A DNA stretch of 64,000 nt from Octopus vulgaris (lineage: Eukaryota), in contig OX597816.1 in assembly GCA_951406725.2 (NCBI GenBank), positions 154,318,001-154,382,000 of the forward strand, given 5' to 3'. Position numbers and translations under genes: made by a program. The first letter of the stretch is position 1. The number at the start of each line of letters is the position of its first letter. The notes under the pieces are model-generated. The model was not told the DNA's origin. It saw only the letters and a program-made list of their open reading frames with translations, and made no database searches. This document shows positions 62,113 through 64,000 of this stretch, piece by piece.

Positions 62113-62939
62113 ATATGGGCATATGTACTAGTATATCTGTGTGTATGTCTGTATGTGTGTATGTGTATTTCTCTTTCTTCCTTCACCAAGGTTGTTTGTG
62201 CTCTTCCTGATTACTATCTAAATATAAACACTCCATCCAAATGTAAAATTTGTATTATAATTTTTCTGTCTGAAGAATTTCTAATAGGAGATTCCTTGCA
62301 TGTTTCTCTTACATATAAATCTTTGTAATTCCTATTAGCAAATGAAACGTGTGTAATAGAGAATAAATAGCACCAAAAAATTTCGAATTTCCAATATGTA
62401 TATATATGGATATATATCTATGAGTGTGCAGCTTTGTTTGCGTTTGTCTCCCACCTCTGCTTGATGCCTAGTGTTGGCTTGATTATGTTCCTGTAACTTA
62501 GCTGTTTGACAAAAGAGACTGATAGAATAATCACAGGCTTAAAACTGAGTACATGGGTCAATTTGTTCAACTGAAAACTTCAAGACAGTACGTCAGCATA
62601 GTGGGAGTCTAATGACTGAAATGCTGCCTTCCAGCTTACTAGCTCTGGTGTGACCAGAGTTAGCAAGCCAAGAGTCTGCACCCGACTTCAATCTGATTTG
62701 GCATGGTTTCTATAGCTGGATGCCCTTCCTAATGTCAACCACTTTACAGAGTGTACTGGATGCTCTTTCATGACACCGCATGGGTGATTTTATGTGGCAT
62801 CACATGGGCAATTTTATGTGATCCACATGGGTGCTTTTGTGTGTTGCCACACAGGTGCTTTTACATGGCATCACCATGAGTGCTTTACACAACCAGAAAG
62901 ATTGGTCTTAACACTTCTGCTGTAACATAAGAGTCTTCT

Positions 62940-63500
62940 TGAGTATGGCCAGGCACCAGGTATCTCAGTCGTCTTGCCTGAAAGGTTCAGCTTCCTGAAG
63001 TTGTTCTTCAGTACTTAATCCTATGTCTTCCTGGGTCTCCCACTTCCATGTGTTCCATCTACTTTGAAAGATTGGCACTTCTTTATGGAGCTGTCAGCAT
63101 TCATCTGCATCACATGACCAAACCACCACAATCTCCTCTCTTGTATACAGCAAGAAATTCCTCTTATGCCTAACTTCTCTCTCAATACACTAGCACTCTG
63201 TCAAACATGTACACTTACATTACACATCCAGTGGAGCATACTAGCCTTATTCCTTTCTAACCTTTGCATGTCCTCTGCATTTAGGGTCCACATCTCACTA
63301 CCATGTAGAATTGCTGTCAATATACATGCATTAGCAAATCTTCCTTTCACTTGGAGAGAGAAATCTTTCTTGGCCAACATAGGTAGCAACTCTCTGAATT
63401 TCACCAGCCTATTATTCTAGCTATCACACTCTCTGTGCATCCTCTCTCACTACTAGTTTGATCCCCCCCTAGGTAGCAGAAATGATCTACTACCTCTAAT
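62940..63500 (-). mobile_element. RTE-clade LINE 3' fragment
   Basis: ORF 63201-63404 KFRELLPML...VKGR...LHGSEMW, then LWWFGHVM and GRPRKT. Confidence 0.85.
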
Positions 63501-64000
63501 GAGCCATGTGGCAGGTGTGCCAAGATATGCTGTCTTGGCATATAAAAACCTTAGCAATAGATTCCACTGTAGTATACAACAAAAGAAGTATTTTATACCC
63601 CTGGGAAAATCAGTCAAGGTACATTAATAGAACAAAATCCCTGGCTCATTCTTGGATGTTCCTACAGCAAGTTGGGTATGATGAATTGCACAGAGTAGAG
63701 AAAGCTTGATGTTGATATTTATTTTGTACATAATGGCATTTTATGACTAATGGAAATGTTAGGCCAAATATACTCTGGAGAAGGCAGAGGAAGAAGTTGA
63801 AATTTCAAAGAATAATTTCAAAATTTGTAGAATTCTTCATTTTTGTTCTGATCAATTGCTAGCAGGTGAGGATTGATGAACATAGAAGTGTGCAGTGTAT
63901 TAAAATGGATTTGAAAAGGGGCATCAGTTGCAGAATTATCTGAATTCTTAATGTGGTAAATATCAGTCATATACTGCAATATGTAGCTGAGATGGTATAT

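Overview
AT-rich, repeat-dense animal genomic DNA. The SINE/LINE repertoire and the abundant (TA)n/(CA)n tracts look like an octopus or other coleoid cephalopod (inference). Three protein genes are supported. (1) PEX6 on the minus strand, almost entirely in one 3.3-kb exon. (2) RPLP0 on the plus strand, 9 exons, 321 aa, with a TATA/TOP promoter. (3) An intact Merlin/IS1595-family transposase ORF on the minus strand that has lost its first catalytic Asp. RPLP0 introns hold eight snoRNA genes: three U17/SNORA73/snR30, one U22/SNORD22, one H/ACA guide and three SNORD59/snR54-like. The SNORD59 copies come from a tandem amplification of exon 6 3' half, donor, snoRNA and one arm of a foldback transposon. 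A two-armed copy of that foldback sits 2 kb downstream, nested in a decayed pogo element. A U11 minor-spliceosome snRNA gene with a PSE lies at 48.2-48.3 kb. The rest is decayed mariner/Tc1, RTE, CR1, Penelope, R4-like LINEs, SINEs, MITEs and microsatellites. All RNA family calls come from recalled motifs, not database searches.
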